From a phage, in the sequence record PZ540767.1: a stretch of DNA of 64,000 nt. One strand, given 5' to 3'. The position numbers and the translations under genes are program-made. Below are positions 20,940-31,479 of the stretch, one piece after another. A model generated the notes under the pieces. The model did no database searches, was not told where the DNA came from, and was given only the letters and a program-made list of their open reading frames with translations. How positions within the stretch are numbered: the stretch's first letter is position 1; each line of letters starts with the position of its first letter.

Positions 20940-23099
20940 TTACTTAACTTTCTTGGCAATGGTGAGCATGATGCTGCCATCAATTTCACTCTCGTCCAGC
21001 TTACCGGGAAGCTTGTTGTTCAGTTCCTTCACCTGGCTTCTGATACGATCCAGAGAGAACCCTGCATCTACCAGTACCATGGCATAGTTGAACAGCTGCT
21101 TATTACGGTTACCATCACCAGTGTTGTTAAGTACCCAACGTTCCAGATTATCCAGTTGATGCTGATCAGTAAGCATTTGCTTACGATCCTCGTTCTTACT
21201 GGTTTTAGGAATGAAGGGGAGCACATCGAATAGCTGACCATCCGTATACTCATAATGCCCTTTATGTGTTAACCATTTCTTAGAACGGTGTGAACACTGG
21301 TCATCAGCTTTAAATGGCAAGCCTTCAAGGACGTTGTTATAAAACTCCTTGTAGTCTTTGGCATCCAGCTTCAGCTCATAGTTAATAGGCAAAATGATAC
21401 GGAAACGGTTAGTCTCTTCGGTATGTCGTTTAGTGGTGTAATACAAAGCCCTGTAGTCTTTCAGCAGTAACTTAGCTGTAGACAACTGACAGGTTCCATC
21501 CACATCAATAACCAGAAGGTTAAAGCCAGGAATGGCATTCTCTTCATTACGATAACCGTTCATCACTTTATGGGTCAGCCAGTGAAGATCAGGCTGATTT
21601 ACCAGTCTGTGCAGTTGATCGAATGGTACGTCTTTAGGTACGAAACCAGTGGTTAAATCCTTGCTGTATGACAAGATCATCTCATCAAGGTTAGTTGGTT
21701 TCAGAGATTCACCACTCAGGAATAAGATGCCATCAGTGTAGCTTCGCTTCACAATGATGTTGTTTTTATAACCATAAGCAATAGCCAGGTTAATCATCTC
21801 ATCCTTCTGGTTTTTACCACCACGGAAATAAGGCAGATCCTCATCCATGTCAGCCAAAGTAACGTCTGTGCCTACATCAGCTAAATACTTAGCCAACTTG
21901 GCATAGTTACGTTCAGGCGTAAGCAGCTTGGCAAAAGCTTCACCACATTCTTCAGTAAGCTTAATGGCGTTCTCCAGATGATCCTGAGAAAGCACAGGTG
22001 AACCATCTACGAAAGCATAAGCAGCAGCCAACTTCATGCACTTAAAGTAACGGTTCTCAAGTTCACCCTTTTGGATAGTTTGATACTCGTTTAAGTGTTT
22101 GGATTTGGCTTCGCAGTCCAGACGGTACTGCAAGATGTTACGTAGTACTTCGCGTGGGATAGTGATAGCTTTACGAAGGTTAGAGATATCTGCCAGCTTC
22201 TCCAGCTTCTTACCTAGATCGGTAATGAAGGTATCAGCATTGGCATCAAACATCTGCTTCATAATGTCATCAGCTGTAATCCCTTCTGGTTTCTTAGCTT
22301 TCAGCAGGAAACCAAAGTGACAACGACGTGCATAGCCCATCTCCAGCATGTCATACAGACGACGTTCAGTTACATCCCCATCAAACAGCTTGGTTGGAGT
22401 ACCAAACAACAACATGTTAGTTGGAGTACTACCTACCAGCTTCTCATGGCGAACGTTTTCAGCAGACGATTTGATCAGCTTATCTTTTACTAAACCGAGG
22501 TCATAGAGTTCCAGGAAAGTATCCAGTACCTCAGTCTGACCTACCAGGTTTGCACCGATTTCATCAATCTGCAAGTTAACAGCACCTGCATTACCCATAA
22601 GCAGTTTATGACGCATCTGCTTAACTGCTGGGGTAGTACCAGAGTCAAAGCTAAACAGAAGACTGCCTAAGCTTTCAAACTCTTTACGCACCTTCTCCAG
22701 CTCATCTTCTGGGTCAACCAGATTAGACGCTGTGGATTTACGTTGAGCACGTTTCTGAGCAAGCTCAAACATGTTCTGTTCAGCTACTGTAGGGAAAGTT
22801 ACTTCCAGGAATCGTTCACGGAATCCTGCAAGCAATTCACGTTCGATCAGGCTGGTGGAATAGCCTTTACCAGTACCTGACGGAGACAGGTTCAGAGCGT
22901 AGATATTGATAGGCAGATCGTTACGATCATATCCTTTAATGACTGCTCGCATAGACGAGGCCATTACACCCCAGTAGTAAGCCAGAACTACCCTGAAAAA
23001 GAGTCGTTCTTCGTTAAGGGTTTTAGCATTGAGAAAATCAACGATCTTCTCACTGGTGGGATGATATTTCATCTCACTCACTGGTTTGATGGAGATCAT
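20940..23099 (-). CDS. Large replication protein, putative primase (719 aa)
   Basis: 'LLVIDVDGTC' DxD-type motif and glycine-rich 'SPSGTGKGYS'; position in replication module. Confidence 0.4.
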   Translation of the reverse strand: MISIKPVSEMKYHPTSEKIVDFLNAKTLNEERLFFRVVLAYYWGVMASSMRAVIKGYDRNDLPINIYALNLSPSGTGKGYSTSLIERELLAGFRERFLEVTFPTVAEQNMFELAQKRAQRKSTASNLVDPEDELEKVRKEFESLGSLLFSFDSGTTPAVKQMRHKLLMGNAGAVNLQIDEIGANLVGQTEVLDTFLELYDLGLVKDKLIKSSAENVRHEKLVGSTPTNMLLFGTPTKLFDGDVTERRLYDMLEMGYARRCHFGFLLKAKKPEGITADDIMKQMFDANADTFITDLGKKLEKLADISNLRKAITIPREVLRNILQYRLDCEAKSKHLNEYQTIQKGELENRYFKCMKLAAAYAFVDGSPVLSQDHLENAIKLTEECGEAFAKLLTPERNYAKLAKYLADVGTDVTLADMDEDLPYFRGGKNQKDEMINLAIAYGYKNNIIVKRSYTDGILFLSGESLKPTNLDEMILSYSKDLTTGFVPKDVPFDQLHRLVNQPDLHWLTHKVMNGYRNEENAIPGFNLLVIDVDGTCQLSTAKLLLKDYRALYYTTKRHTEETNRFRIILPINYELKLDAKDYKEFYNNVLEGLPFKADDQCSHRSKKWLTHKGHYEYTDGQLFDVLPFIPKTSKNEDRKQMLTDQHQLDNLERWVLNNTGDGNRNKQLFNYAMVLVDAGFSLDRIRSQVKELNNKLPGKLDESEIDGSIMLTIAKKVK

Positions 23100-23107
23100 A
23101 CTTGTCC

Positions 23108-24082
23108 TTATACTTCGAGATGACCAGAACGAATTAGCTCATCTTTTTGTTTACAGATTGGAAAGGCTGGGCAGTATGCACAAGCTTTAACTTGACCAGG
23201 GTTATGTACGATCATACCCACGTTGCCATCGTCAGCTAGACGCTTATAAGCTTCAGCCTCAGTGTCAAAGTTTTTGGTTGATCGGGTCATGTTTGCCGGG
23301 TTCTTGTAGTACTTCCAGACCGGAGCATCACGCCATAACTCTTCATCGGTACATTCAGGAATGTCTTCGTCTTTGGCCTGTTTATATTTCTCATACAGGG
23401 CAATACGACCTTCAACATACTTCTGAGTTTCTTCCAGAGAGAGCAACTGATAACGCTTGGTTTCAGTCTTTCGCTGTGGGTAGTTAGGGTTAGCTCTGGC
23501 TTGAGCACGTTGCCAGTCAGTAAAGATAAACTGGATAGACATTACATCTTTAGTAATGATATCCGGGTTAAGCCAGCGATAGATACTACCTTGCAGGGCA
23601 TAGTCCAGATCCTTACTACCCTTCATATAGCTGAAGGTTGAGGTGGACTTAAAGTCCTCTAAGGCACCATTACCTACAAAGTCAAACTTACCAGTAACAC
23701 GGTAACCCATGACTTCTTTCTCAGATCGGATTTCCATATACACTGGGATATCCCCAGCCTTCAATTCCCATGGTTTAGGGTTCACCTTAACCTTGGCAAT
23801 CAGATCAGGTGAGTAACCTAGCTTCTCCATAGCTTTAGGGAAGTTTTCCGGTGACCAAGCCAGCTCAATACCCGAGTGAATAGCTGTACCCATACGAGAC
23901 GCTACCAGGTCTTCCAGGTCAGCTGTTTGCAGCTCTGGAGGAACACGGGGAGTCAGTATCAACTGACGAATAGGCTTCAGCAGTTTGGTTGCTGAGAAGG
24001 TTCCAGGGATATAATCGTAATGATCAGTAGCCAGGAACACTGCCATAGATAATGGGATCTTAGTGTTGTTTGTGTAAATCAT
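23108..24082 (-). CDS. PD-(D/E)xK nuclease with C-terminal Cys cluster (Cas4/RecB-like exonuclease)
   Basis: C-terminal 'CAYCPAFPIC' cluster; track start is GTG 24091, first ATG at 24082. Confidence 0.45.
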   Translation of the reverse strand: MIYTNNTKIPLSMAVFLATDHYDYIPGTFSATKLLKPIRQLILTPRVPPELQTADLEDLVASRMGTAIHSGIELAWSPENFPKAMEKLGYSPDLIAKVKVNPKPWELKAGDIPVYMEIRSEKEVMGYRVTGKFDFVGNGALEDFKSTSTFSYMKGSKDLDYALQGSIYRWLNPDIITKDVMSIQFIFTDWQRAQARANPNYPQRKTETKRYQLLSLEETQKYVEGRIALYEKYKQAKDEDIPECTDEELWRDAPVWKYYKNPANMTRSTKNFDTEAEAYKRLADDGNVGMIVHNPGQVKACAYCPAFPICKQKDELIRSGHLEV

Positions 24083-24193
24083 AACAACCACCCAGTAAGG
24101 TTTGTGATCAGTTTAGCTACACCAAAGTACATGAAGAAACCTGCTGTAGCTCCCCAGGCTGCAAATGCTGCAAACACAAAGGTAGACATTAAC

Positions 24194-24661
24194 TTACTTA
24201 GCATTGGCTGATTCCTCGCCCCATAAGGCTGCATATGCTGCCAGATCTTCAAAGTTATCCAGCTTAAATTCACCCTGGTTTGCACGGACAATTTTCAGTA
24301 GGACTTGAATGAGCCACCCATCAGCCGGGGTAAGATCCTTACCACGAATCTTATTGAACAGCTCAATGACCAGTGGAATGGAACGTTCACCTTCTGCATT
24401 ATCATAGGTAACTGCACGATCCTCTAAATGCCCAGCAGCAGCCAGTAGTACCTTGTGGGCACTGACTGTTGTATCTACTGGTTTAGGTTTAAGATCTTCA
24501 AGCTGTGCCTTTAGGTCAGTTATAGCTTGCTCATACTTTTTAACCTGGTTTCCCCAGTAAACTTTTTTATGCTCTGCACAAGACATACCTAAGTAGTTCT
24601 TAGCCTCATGCAGACACTTTTCTGCATAAGCAAGAGAGCGTTTTAATGATCTTTTACTCAT
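24194..24661 (-). CDS. Hypothetical protein (155 aa)
   Basis: Internal ATG 24661 preceded by aaggaaa RBS and a GC hairpin. Confidence 0.5.
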   Translation of the reverse strand: MSKRSLKRSLAYAEKCLHEAKNYLGMSCAEHKKVYWGNQVKKYEQAITDLKAQLEDLKPKPVDTTVSAHKVLLAAAGHLEDRAVTYDNAEGERSIPLVIELFNKIRGKDLTPADGWLIQVLLKIVRANQGEFKLDNFEDLAAYAALWGEESANAK

Positions 24662-24718
24662 TTGGATTTCCTTTGCAAAGAATTCACAGAGTGCCCGGAA
24701 GGGCACCCCACAAAACAC

Positions 24719-26449
24719 TTAAGCCTGACAGCTTAAGCATTCATCCTTAACAACCACACCACTTCGTGAGTAGACGTAGTAAACAGACAGGATTTCTTCA
24801 TCCAGTACACAACGAGTCATCAACTCTGAGATCAGATCTTCTGATCCATCTTCAGGTACGAAGAAGTTCAGGGACTGACCTTGGCAGATATGTTTCTGAC
24901 GTAAGCTGGCACGACGTAACAGGACTCGCTGATCCATTTCAAAGGCAGTCTTAAATACCTGCTTCTCGTGGTCATCAAGCCAGTCAACGTGTTGTACTGA
25001 GCCTACATGGTTAATGATATCGTTGATGGTTTCTGCTGAGTACACTCCACGTTCCTGCATGAGTTTGTAAATCTCAGGCACGATACGACTGAGCTGCCCA
25101 GCAGCAGAGCTGGCTTCAAATACCATTCCAGGATCCGGGAACCAGGATTCAGATACACCACCCATTAACAGGGCTGTGCTCTTGGTAGGTGCAATGGCTG
25201 TACGGTGAGTATTACGTACACCATGACCTTCACACCATTCTGGTTCACCCATGACTTCTGCCATCCACTGAGAAGCTTTGAGGCTTTCATCATGGATATG
25301 CTTGAAGATCTCTTGGTCGATAAATTGAGCTTCCAGTGACTCGTAGGGAATACGCTTCGATTGGAAATAGGTACTGAGTCCCATTACACCTAAGCCAATT
25401 GCTCGGCCTTTGATGGTAAAGTCTCGTACTTTTTCTAAGCCCTCAATACCATCACTAACTTCGATGAACTCTGAGCACAAGCAGTCCAGGAAAATAGTGG
25501 AATAGAATACTGCTTTGCTGGTTTTAATCTTATCCCAGTGAACCAGGTTCAATGAGGACAGAATACAGCTATAGGTCAGATCCTTGGATGAATGCAGCAT
25601 GATTTCGGTACACAGATTGCTTGCCTTAAGCATCAGGTCACGGTCTTTGTACATTGCAGGACGATGGCGGTTAGCCTTGTCTATGAAGTACAGATAACCC
25701 TTACCTGTCAGCATTTTGACATGCACAGCATCTTCGAATCGCTGGTTTGCTTCTGCATCACCAGCTTTCAGTTTCTCAACGAAACTATCTTTAATGATCC
25801 AGCCATAGTTCTTACCATTAGGATCGGTCTTCAGTGAGTTAAGGCACTCATAGAAATCCCCATGCTCGATATCGAGATAGGCACCAACAGAACCACGTCT
25901 GTTACCTCCCTGGCTTACCTTGCTGGTACAAGTGAAGAAGTCATCAATAACTTCCTTAGCACCATTAGCAATGCCACCAGTGCTGATCTTGGCACCACGA
26001 GGTCGGATATCCGAGAAGTCTGCTGAAGTACCAAATCCATATTTGGACAGGATTGCAGTCTCTCGTAAGGCTGAGTAGAAGCCATCAATGCTATCTGCCA
26101 CTACCTGCCCAGAGCAGGACACAGGCATACCACGATCGGTTCCTGTATTAGCCAGTGCTGGTGTAGCGGGTGACAAGATGCCATTCCACATAAGATCGAA
26201 GAATGCTTTTTCAAGTTCACCACGATAAAGCTGTGGTACATGACGTGCCAGAGTGTGTGCAATCTTCTGGTGACGTGCTCTTAATGAGCCTTCACTCTCG
26301 ACGATGTACTTACTCTTGAACATTTGCCATGCTTGAGTTGTATACCAATCAGGGAGTAATCCCTGTGCTTGTAACTTCTTACGCTCGGCACTAAGTGCTT
26401 CGAACTCAGTAGCGACTGAAGTTTCTACTCCTGTAGGTTTAAACGACAT
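24719..26449 (-). CDS. nrdA: Ribonucleotide reductase large subunit-like
   Basis: 'SNLCTEIML' active-site Cys motif; C-terminal CxxC (CLSCQA); adjacent to NrdB-like gene. Confidence 0.55.
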   Translation of the reverse strand: MSFKPTGVETSVATEFEALSAERKKLQAQGLLPDWYTTQAWQMFKSKYIVESEGSLRARHQKIAHTLARHVPQLYRGELEKAFFDLMWNGILSPATPALANTGTDRGMPVSCSGQVVADSIDGFYSALRETAILSKYGFGTSADFSDIRPRGAKISTGGIANGAKEVIDDFFTCTSKVSQGGNRRGSVGAYLDIEHGDFYECLNSLKTDPNGKNYGWIIKDSFVEKLKAGDAEANQRFEDAVHVKMLTGKGYLYFIDKANRHRPAMYKDRDLMLKASNLCTEIMLHSSKDLTYSCILSSLNLVHWDKIKTSKAVFYSTIFLDCLCSEFIEVSDGIEGLEKVRDFTIKGRAIGLGVMGLSTYFQSKRIPYESLEAQFIDQEIFKHIHDESLKASQWMAEVMGEPEWCEGHGVRNTHRTAIAPTKSTALLMGGVSESWFPDPGMVFEASSAAGQLSRIVPEIYKLMQERGVYSAETINDIINHVGSVQHVDWLDDHEKQVFKTAFEMDQRVLLRRASLRQKHICQGQSLNFFVPEDGSEDLISELMTRCVLDEEILSVYYVYSRSGVVVKDECLSCQA

Positions 26450-26451
26450 GC

Positions 26452-27516
26452 TTACTCTCCTGGTTTCAATAAAGCTGACAGATCACGGGCACCAGATAGC
26501 TCAGTAGCTAAGTTCTGGTTAAAGCCTAATTTATGCTTGGCCCAGTTACGGGTGTACTGCAACTGAGTACCAGCAAAGAAATCTGCAAACTTATAGGAAG
26601 ACAAGGAGGTATAGAACCAACTGGAGATAACGCCTGATTCCTGCTCGAACATGTTCGGCATACCCAGACGATTCAGCACCACGTTCACACGATCACGAAT
26701 GAAGTGCTGCATTTCTTCTTTGGTTACTACACGGATGGTTTCAGGAGCCTTGGCAAAGATACGTTCGATCATAGCGAACTCATGATCATGAACATCTTTA
26801 GCCATCTTCCAGATAGCATCAGCTAATGCTTCCTGTTTGGCTTCATCCATATTGCCAGCTTCAATACGTTCCTTTTTACAGGTGTTATGAAGCCAGGCAG
26901 AGAACATGCTGTGATAGTTTTCATCTTTGGCTGAACCGTCGATACCTGCCACAAAATGGGGGATCAACTTAAAGCCAGGACGGCTGAATGATTTGAAGAA
27001 TGCAAATGCTGAGAACAGCATCACACCTTCGAGGAATGCTAACGCTGCTGTAGCTTCCAGAGCATCACCAGAAGACGCTTGTTCGTCGATCCATGCAATA
27101 TGCTTGGACAGGTCTTCGTCACGCTTCCAGGTGGTGTAGAACTCATCTGTAGCCAGATCCAATGACTGATTAATCAGATCATAGAATGGGGCATGAGAGT
27201 TAAGCTCAACCATAGCGAATACAGCACAGGCACGTTGAACGTGAGGACGAGGGAACAGACGCTGGATACGTCCACCCCACATCTCTTCACCACCGATCAT
27301 TAACTCATACTGAGTCAGGACGGTCTGGAGAGTGAGGATACCTTCACGTTCACCTTCAGTTAGTTTGTTGTGGAAGTCACCAACGTCTTCCTCTACACCC
27401 AGTTCTTCAGCAGGCCAGAAGATAGCCATCTGGCTAGTGGCTGCTTCGATAGCTTGGGGGTAGTCGATGACGTAAGACTCTGTTGGAGTCTCAATACGTG
27501 AGAGAGGTTTAGTCAT
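26452..27516 (-). CDS. nrdB: Ribonucleotide reductase small subunit-like
   Basis: 'IFWPAEELGVEED' matches NrdB FWxPEE motif; E..H iron-ligand pairs. Confidence 0.6.
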   Translation of the reverse strand: MTKPLSRIETPTESYVIDYPQAIEAATSQMAIFWPAEELGVEEDVGDFHNKLTEGEREGILTLQTVLTQYELMIGGEEMWGGRIQRLFPRPHVQRACAVFAMVELNSHAPFYDLINQSLDLATDEFYTTWKRDEDLSKHIAWIDEQASSGDALEATAALAFLEGVMLFSAFAFFKSFSRPGFKLIPHFVAGIDGSAKDENYHSMFSAWLHNTCKKERIEAGNMDEAKQEALADAIWKMAKDVHDHEFAMIERIFAKAPETIRVVTKEEMQHFIRDRVNVVLNRLGMPNMFEQESGVISSWFYTSLSSYKFADFFAGTQLQYTRNWAKHKLGFNQNLATELSGARDLSALLKPGE

Positions 27517-27602
27517 AATTTACCCAAAGAATATTGAGTTGGTTGAAAAGGGTAGTGAGCATAACTCACTTCCCCGGATTCTGTAATCTGGTTATTTAAC
27601 CA

Positions 27603-28361
27603 TTATGACTTGGTGAGTGCTGCCCAGCTAACCGGGAACAGAGGTTCCACAATAGCTGCTACAGCATGGGCCAGATCCTGAATTTCCTGCTGTGCATGAG
27701 AATCAGAACGCTTGTTGAAGAAATTAGCAAAGGCCAGCAAGTTACCTGTCCAAATCCAGTTAACCATAGCACCTTGAGGCAGTACGAAACGTGCTTGCTC
27801 AGGGGCAACACCATCTTCAATCATCTTCTCATAAAGAGCTACTGCCTCTTGAGTATGGTAGATGTATTGGCGTTTCCAGTAGTCGTTTGCTTCATGGATA
27901 CCAGCACTACCTTGCTTGATTGAGCCTTCTGGTTTCTGGCGGAATTCAGGGATGAAGATCTCAGGAGTACTGCTGATATAACGACGAGACTCTTCATTCT
28001 CAACCAGTCCCTGCTTATGTTTGAAGCACTGGGTACGGATAGGAATTGGAGCCTTCATACGCAACGTGATTGCAGTATGGGCAAATGGTGTCCAGTGAAC
28101 AGCCTGATGACGGATACGATCATAAAGCCATTCTGCTTCTTCTTTGCCAGAAGTAGAGTAGTTATCTGATCCCTCTTGGATCATGTTGATAATTACAGCT
28201 TTATCTTTACTGGTTACACCATTAGCCAGGAAACGGATAAGACTGGCATCCTGTTCAGGGGTAGTGACCTTTTTCAGTGGGCCAAATGAAATACGAGCTA
28301 CATCTACTACACGTTGATCATCACCCATGTGATCAATGTACTCTGCTACTTGTTGGATCAT
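27603..28361 (-). CDS. thyX: Flavin-dependent thymidylate synthase (ThyX-like)
   Basis: 'EESRRY' and 'RSDSHAQQEIQ' resemble ThyX signature segments. Confidence 0.5.
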   Translation of the reverse strand: MIQQVAEYIDHMGDDQRVVDVARISFGPLKKVTTPEQDASLIRFLANGVTSKDKAVIINMIQEGSDNYSTSGKEEAEWLYDRIRHQAVHWTPFAHTAITLRMKAPIPIRTQCFKHKQGLVENEESRRYISSTPEIFIPEFRQKPEGSIKQGSAGIHEANDYWKRQYIYHTQEAVALYEKMIEDGVAPEQARFVLPQGAMVNWIWTGNLLAFANFFNKRSDSHAQQEIQDLAHAVAAIVEPLFPVSWAALTKS

Positions 28362-28443
28362 TATACTTACCTCAGTAAAGGGCTATGCTGCCCATTGTTT
28401 AAAAAACAGTTATCATGTCTGTATTCATATACAGGAGACTCCC

Positions 28444-29163
28444 ATGAATATTCGAACCACTAAGGTAGATGTGTACCTGGTTAATCCAGATGGATCGCCA
28501 GCTACTAATTTACGTTTTTACGTTAAACCATTGCGAGCAAGCTTCTGGTCAACCTACCCAGGGGTTGCTATAGATGTGGAGCTTTGTGAAACTACGGACA
28601 GTACAGGGCATTGTATTTTAGATCTCGTTGCTCTGCCTTATCCATATGAGCTTACCTATGATGACTCTGATGATTCAATCCCTGGTAGCTTCTTGTTCTA
28701 TGTCCCGGATGTAGACTTCACAGTTAATTTCCAGGATCTGATCGTTACCCGAGCTGATTCTCAGGATAAGTATGTAGATAATGCTCTTAACCAGATTATT
28801 GATGGTGTGGTTAAATCTAAGCATTATAGCGAAGTGGCTCAAGCAGCTTCTGAAGCTGCGAAGCAAGCGGAAGAAGCCATTGAGACACAAGCTCAAGTAC
28901 TCGCACCACAGATTACACAAACTGAACAGATGTTAACAGAAGCTCAAGAGGCTTTGACTGAAGTTCAGCAAGCCAAATCAGACTTTGAAAGTACCAATGC
29001 TTCCATTGTTACTGCTGCGGGTATTATTCAAAACAGTGCTATTACTGGAAAGTTACCTATTGGGGAATACACCCTCTGGGTTGATGCTGATGGATTACTT
29101 CGTATTATCCATGGCAACCCAACAGGGGACAAAGATGGGGTTGTTGTGGGATCTCAATCATAA
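28444..29163 (+). CDS. Tail-fibre-associated protein with coiled coil (240 aa)
   Basis: Internal ATG 28444 after aggag RBS; divergent from thyX; precedes tail fibre gene. Confidence 0.55.
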   Translation: MNIRTTKVDVYLVNPDGSPATNLRFYVKPLRASFWSTYPGVAIDVELCETTDSTGHCILDLVALPYPYELTYDDSDDSIPGSFLFYVPDVDFTVNFQDLIVTRADSQDKYVDNALNQIIDGVVKSKHYSEVAQAASEAAKQAEEAIETQAQVLAPQITQTEQMLTEAQEALTEVQQAKSDFESTNASIVTAAGIIQNSAITGKLPIGEYTLWVDADGLLRIIHGNPTGDKDGVVVGSQS

Positions 29164-29241
29164 CGGGTAATTTCGATAGCCTTATAGTAAGATCTTCCAT
29201 TAAGATTAGGGTAGTGACTTATTTTTGATGGGAGATCTTCT

Positions 29242-31479
29242 ATGTCTTGTAATTGCACCAACAATTGCAATTGTGGTGATCCATGTTCAGATACCCAGAT
29301 TCGTCGCATTGTTGATGATGCTGTAGCAGACCGCGTAGAGGACTTGGAAGGTATTGCTTCTGACGCCCAAGGTTCTGCTACTGCTTCTGCAAACTCTGCA
29401 AACCAATCTGCACAATCTGCTACACAATCACAGCAATTTGCAACCACTGCTGGTAACAATGCCACTTCTGCTGCCCAGTCAGCACAGCAAGCTGCTGTAT
29501 CTGCTACTGCTGCGGCTGAATCCGCGTCAGCAGCTGTTCAGGTTACTACTGGTTTAAAACAAGTAGCTGATGAGCTGACTGCTACTGCTTCTGGTTTATC
29601 TTCTAAGGTTGATCAGGCAAACCAGAATGCTGAATTAGCTGAGACTGCTCGTGATGAGGCTGTTGCTGCTGCTTCCAGTGCTCAAAATAGTGCTGCTACT
29701 TCCACAGCATCTGCCAGTGCTGCTAATGTGGCTGCTTCGGCTGCTGCTTCGTCGTCAGGCACTGCACAAACTGCTGCGGGTCAAGCAGGTGAGTACGCTG
29801 TACAAGCTGCTGAGTTAGTTTCTAATCTTGATACTAAGATTGATACTGCTGTATCTACTGCACTGGATAATGCAACCGAAGATGTAATTAATGCTGCTAC
29901 TGAACAGGCTACTTCAGCTGCAAACTCTGCATCTGCTGCTGCCAGTTCTTTAGAAACTATGTCCAGCACTCTCGCAGCTGCAACTACTAGTGCGGTTGCT
30001 CAAGCTACTGAAGATGCTGAAGCTGCACGAGATGCTGCTGAGTTAGCTCGTGATCAGGCTAATGCAATAGCAACCTCTGTGGGACTGGTGCCTGATGAGG
30101 CTACTGGTTTAGCAAATACCACTGAAGGGCAGTATTTTACTGTAGGTCAGGGTACAGAATCTGATGCTGCAACTATCACCTACCGTAATGTTGGCGGGGT
30201 TGCTGTGCCAGTATTTACTTCTGTGGGTACGGCTGCTTTTACCAAACTGTCTACTAAGTTCTTAAACCTGGTAACCCAGGTAGACTATGGAAATGCTGTT
30301 GCTGGTTTTATCGATGATGCAAACATGTCTCCTCTGTTTATTAATCCAGAAGGGTATGTGATCATTAACAACCTCAATTTCCTTGAGCAAGTGCAAGCTC
30401 TGCTTAATAAAATTGATGCTTTCTATAACTTCTTTAATAGCTATCCATCTGATGAGTATGTCCAGAAGGGTGGCTTTATTGATGATGAAGGCAAACTTCC
30501 CCTGTACTTTGACCAGTATGGGGATGTTTGGTTGGGTGATGGCCCGGTTAACCTCAGCAAATTTGTGCAGGATTACTCAGCACTGGTTACTAAGGTTAAT
30601 GATGCAGTTTATGAGATCAATGGAACAGGTAATATTGTCTGTCATGGTGACTCATTAACTGCTGGTGCAGGTTCTGCTACAGGTCGTGGGTATGTTGAAC
30701 GTTTACGTACTCGTCTTGCCCCACAGGGTATTACTGTAACTAAACGTGCTGTAGGTGGGCAGGGTGCCCAGGCTATCGCTACTCGACAAGGTGGTTATGT
30801 TAACCTGTTAACGCTGGAGAATAACATTCTTCCTGCTGCTGTTCAGCCAGTTAACATTGTATCCAGTTCCCAAAATCCAATCACCAGCCAAGGTGGTGGG
30901 CCTATCTCAGGTATGCTTAATGGTATTCGTGGTACTGTAGCTGCTACTTTCAATGGCACTACCCGCCTTACTTATACCTTTACCCGAGCAGAGGCTGGAA
31001 CTGCTGATGTCTATATTGATCCTGAATCTCCGTTTATCAAAACTGAAGACGGTCATGAATACGATATTGACATTATCTGGCTTGGTCGTAATAACACCTC
31101 AAGCCCTGACTTGGCTCAAATTTGTTTAGATGCTCTGGATGCTTGTGTTAAGCATCTTAAAGCTAAAAATAAACGTTTTGTGGTAATGTCCATCCTCAAT
31201 GGTGCGTACTCCACTGAGTACAAGGGAGGCGAGGTTTACCAGCGTATTATTAATGCAAACAATGCCATTAAGTACAAATACCCTGAGAACTATTTGGAAG
31301 TTCGTGGGCCATTGGTGCGTTCTTATAACCCATCTGTTCCTCAAGATGTGGTTGATTTTAACAATGATATTGTTCCTTCAAGTCTCCGTAATGATGCTAT
31401 CCACTTAAATGACAGTGGGTATGATATCCTTGAAGAACTGGTTTACAACTTTTTGAAAAGTAAAGGATGGGTAGCCTAA
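29242..31479 (+). CDS. Tail fibre/spike with C-terminal SGNH (GDSL) hydrolase domain
   Basis: Cys-rich N-terminus 'CNCTNNCNCGDPC'; long Ala/Ser-rich coiled coil; 'CHGDSLTAGAG' GDSL motif in C-terminal third. Confidence 0.6.
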   Translation: MSCNCTNNCNCGDPCSDTQIRRIVDDAVADRVEDLEGIASDAQGSATASANSANQSAQSATQSQQFATTAGNNATSAAQSAQQAAVSATAAAESASAAVQVTTGLKQVADELTATASGLSSKVDQANQNAELAETARDEAVAAASSAQNSAATSTASASAANVAASAAASSSGTAQTAAGQAGEYAVQAAELVSNLDTKIDTAVSTALDNATEDVINAATEQATSAANSASAAASSLETMSSTLAAATTSAVAQATEDAEAARDAAELARDQANAIATSVGLVPDEATGLANTTEGQYFTVGQGTESDAATITYRNVGGVAVPVFTSVGTAAFTKLSTKFLNLVTQVDYGNAVAGFIDDANMSPLFINPEGYVIINNLNFLEQVQALLNKIDAFYNFFNSYPSDEYVQKGGFIDDEGKLPLYFDQYGDVWLGDGPVNLSKFVQDYSALVTKVNDAVYEINGTGNIVCHGDSLTAGAGSATGRGYVERLRTRLAPQGITVTKRAVGGQGAQAIATRQGGYVNLLTLENNILPAAVQPVNIVSSSQNPITSQGGGPISGMLNGIRGTVAATFNGTTRLTYTFTRAEAGTADVYIDPESPFIKTEDGHEYDIDIIWLGRNNTSSPDLAQICLDALDACVKHLKAKNKRFVVMSILNGAYSTEYKGGEVYQRIINANNAIKYKYPENYLEVRGPLVRSYNPSVPQDVVDFNNDIVPSSLRNDAIHLNDSGYDILEELVYNFLKSKGWVA

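Noticed and set aside
24079-24204. 41-aa hydrophobic minus-strand ORF between the 155-aa gene and the nuclease gene
   Set aside because: Single predicted TM helix and tight packing make it plausible, but it overlaps the upstream stop and has no clear RBS; too weak to call as a feature.
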